Source: a plasmid. From it: a DNA stretch of 64,000 bases. The DNA is taken from the sequence record NZ_CP020440.2. One strand, given 5' to 3'. The notes beneath the pieces are model-generated. The model ran no database searches. It worked only from the letters and a program-made list of their open reading frames with translations, and was not told the origin of the DNA. Both the position numbers and the translations under genes were made by a program. Shown here in pieces: positions 62,954 to 64,000 of the stretch. The stretch's first letter is position 1. Every line of letters begins with the position of its first letter.

Positions 62954-63721
62954 TTATTCCTTGAGACAATGAAAGCGCAGCAGCGTCGCCGCGTCGACCG
63001 GATCGGTCAGGCGGCGCGCGCCGACGCGGAAGGTTCCGGCAAGGCGGGCATCGTCCAGCACCGCAGCCGGGGGGCCGCTGGCGACCATCCGGCCGCCCGC
63101 CATCACCCCCAGCCGATCGCAGCCCATTGCCTGGTTCAGGTCGTGCAGCGCCACGATCACCGTCACCGGCAAGCCGGCGATCAGGCGCAGCAGCGACAGC
63201 TGGTGGTGGATGTCCAGATGGTTCGTCGGCTCGTCCAGCAGCAGCAGGCGGGGCCGCTGGGCAAGGGCGCGGGCGATGCTGATGCGCTGGCGTTCGCCCC
63301 CCGACAACGTGGCCCAGGGGGCGTCGGCCAGGGCCATCATCCCCACCGCCGCCAGCGCCTGTTCGACGATGGCCGCATCGGCATCCGAAAAGGGTGCCAG
63401 CGCCGACAGCCAGGGTGTGCGGCCCAGGGCCACCACCTCGCGCGCGCTCAGCGCCTCGGCGGTGTCGGCCTGCTGCTCGACCAGCGCCACGCGCTGCGCG
63501 ATCTGGCGCCGGGACAGCGAGGCCAGGGGCGCGCCGTCCAGCGCGACCTGCCCCAGGGCGCGCGGCAACAGGCCCGCGACCAGCCGAAGCAGCGTGGACT
63601 TGCCCGAGCCGTTCGGACCGACCAGGCCGAACGTCTCGCCCGCCGCGATCGACAGGCTGACGCCCTGGACGATGGCGCGGGGGCCGGCGCGCCAGCCCAG
63701 GTCGCGGGTCTCGACCCTCAT
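62954..63721 (-). CDS. FecE/BtuD-type ABC transporter ATP-binding protein (iron-siderophore/B12/heme class)
   Basis: Walker A GPNGSGKST, LSGGERQR signature, Walker B LLLLDEP. Confidence 0.8.
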   Translation of the reverse strand: MRVETRDLGWRAGPRAIVQGVSLSIAAGETFGLVGPNGSGKSTLLRLVAGLLPRALGQVALDGAPLASLSRRQIAQRVALVEQQADTAEALSAREVVALGRTPWLSALAPFSDADAAIVEQALAAVGMMALADAPWATLSGGERQRISIARALAQRPRLLLLDEPTNHLDIHHQLSLLRLIAGLPVTVIVALHDLNQAMGCDRLGVMAGGRMVASGPPAAVLDDARLAGTFRVGARRLTDPVDAATLLRFHCLKE

Positions 63722-64000
63722 ACCCGCCTCCGGTTGCCGATCAGGATCAGGGCAAAGCCCGGCGCCCCGACCAGCGCGGTGACGACGCCGATGGGCACCA
63801 CCTGCCCCGGGATCAGCAGGCGCGAGGCGACATCCGCCGCGATCAGGAACACCGCCCCCGCCAGGGCCGAGGCCGGGACCAGCGCGCGGTGGCCCGGGCC
63901 CACCAGAAAGCGCATGGCATGGGGCACGACCAGCCCGACGAAGCCGATCGAGCCGACCAGGCTGACCATCACCGCCGTCATCAGCGTGGTCACGCCGATC
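63718..64000 (-). CDS. FecCD-family ABC permease, C-terminal part (gene continues beyond the window)
   Basis: The C-terminal TM helices of a BtuC/FecD permease. Stop overlaps the ATPase start. Confidence 0.7.
   Translation of the reverse strand, partial: IGVTTLMTAVMVSLVGSIGFVGLVVPHAMRFLVGPGHRALVPASALAGAVFLIAADVASRLLIPGQVVPIGVVTALVGAPGFALILIGNRRRV

Overview
High-GC (~65-70%) alphaproteobacterial (Rhodobacteraceae-like) chromosomal or megaplasmid segment. Conserved metabolic operons alternate with two dense insertion-sequence graveyards.

Left to right:
(1) A TetR-regulated cluster for the lower 2,5-dihydroxypyridine/maleamate pathway: maleate isomerase, alpha/beta-hydrolase deformylase, NicX-like dioxygenase, isochorismatase-type maleamate amidase.
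(2) gdhA with a clear terminator.
(3) A sigma-54/AcxR-type activator next to acetone carboxylase acxABC and a secondary (isopropanol-type) alcohol dehydrogenase.
(4) A DUF296 gene translationally coupled to a complete ECF transporter (S, T, A, A').
(5) The TIGR02587/TIGR02588 membrane-protein pair, a SleB-like cell-wall hydrolase and an SDR.
(6) IS graveyard 1 (22.3-32.1 kb): truncated IS3, TonB-receptor, IS30 (two inverted degenerate copies) and IS5 fragments. It also holds an IS256-family remnant carrying a nested IS110-family element, a near-perfectly palindromic 4.5-kb block in which two inverted copies of a second IS110/IS1111-like element flank a frameshifted IS5/IS1182-like element, and a decayed formylglycine-generating-enzyme gene.
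(7) nikR with a near-canonical NikR operator, nikABCDE, convergent with ureFGE and divergent from ureDABC.
(8) A lower-GC orphan sulfotransferase-like gene.
(9) IS graveyard 2 (43.4-47.9 kb): a second IS256-family element (8-bp target duplication) carrying a full-length copy of the same nested IS110 element, inserted into kdgD of a degraded glucarate-type locus (GntR fragment - aldehyde dehydrogenase fragment - kdgD).
(10) A PRC-barrel protein and an aerobic cobalamin cluster: cobF-B-M-E-L, divergent cobK, then cobJ-I-H-G-N-W plus a DUF1636 gene behind a cobalamin riboswitch, and cobO.
(11) Pseudoazurin and a FecCD/FecE-type ABC transporter that runs off the window.

Many long antisense ORFs in the six-frame track are GC artefacts and were not called. 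The most unusual content is the nested and palindromic IS110-family architecture, which predicts bridge-RNA-type non-coding regions, and the 1.33-kb identical direct repeats that bracket the nik/ure island.
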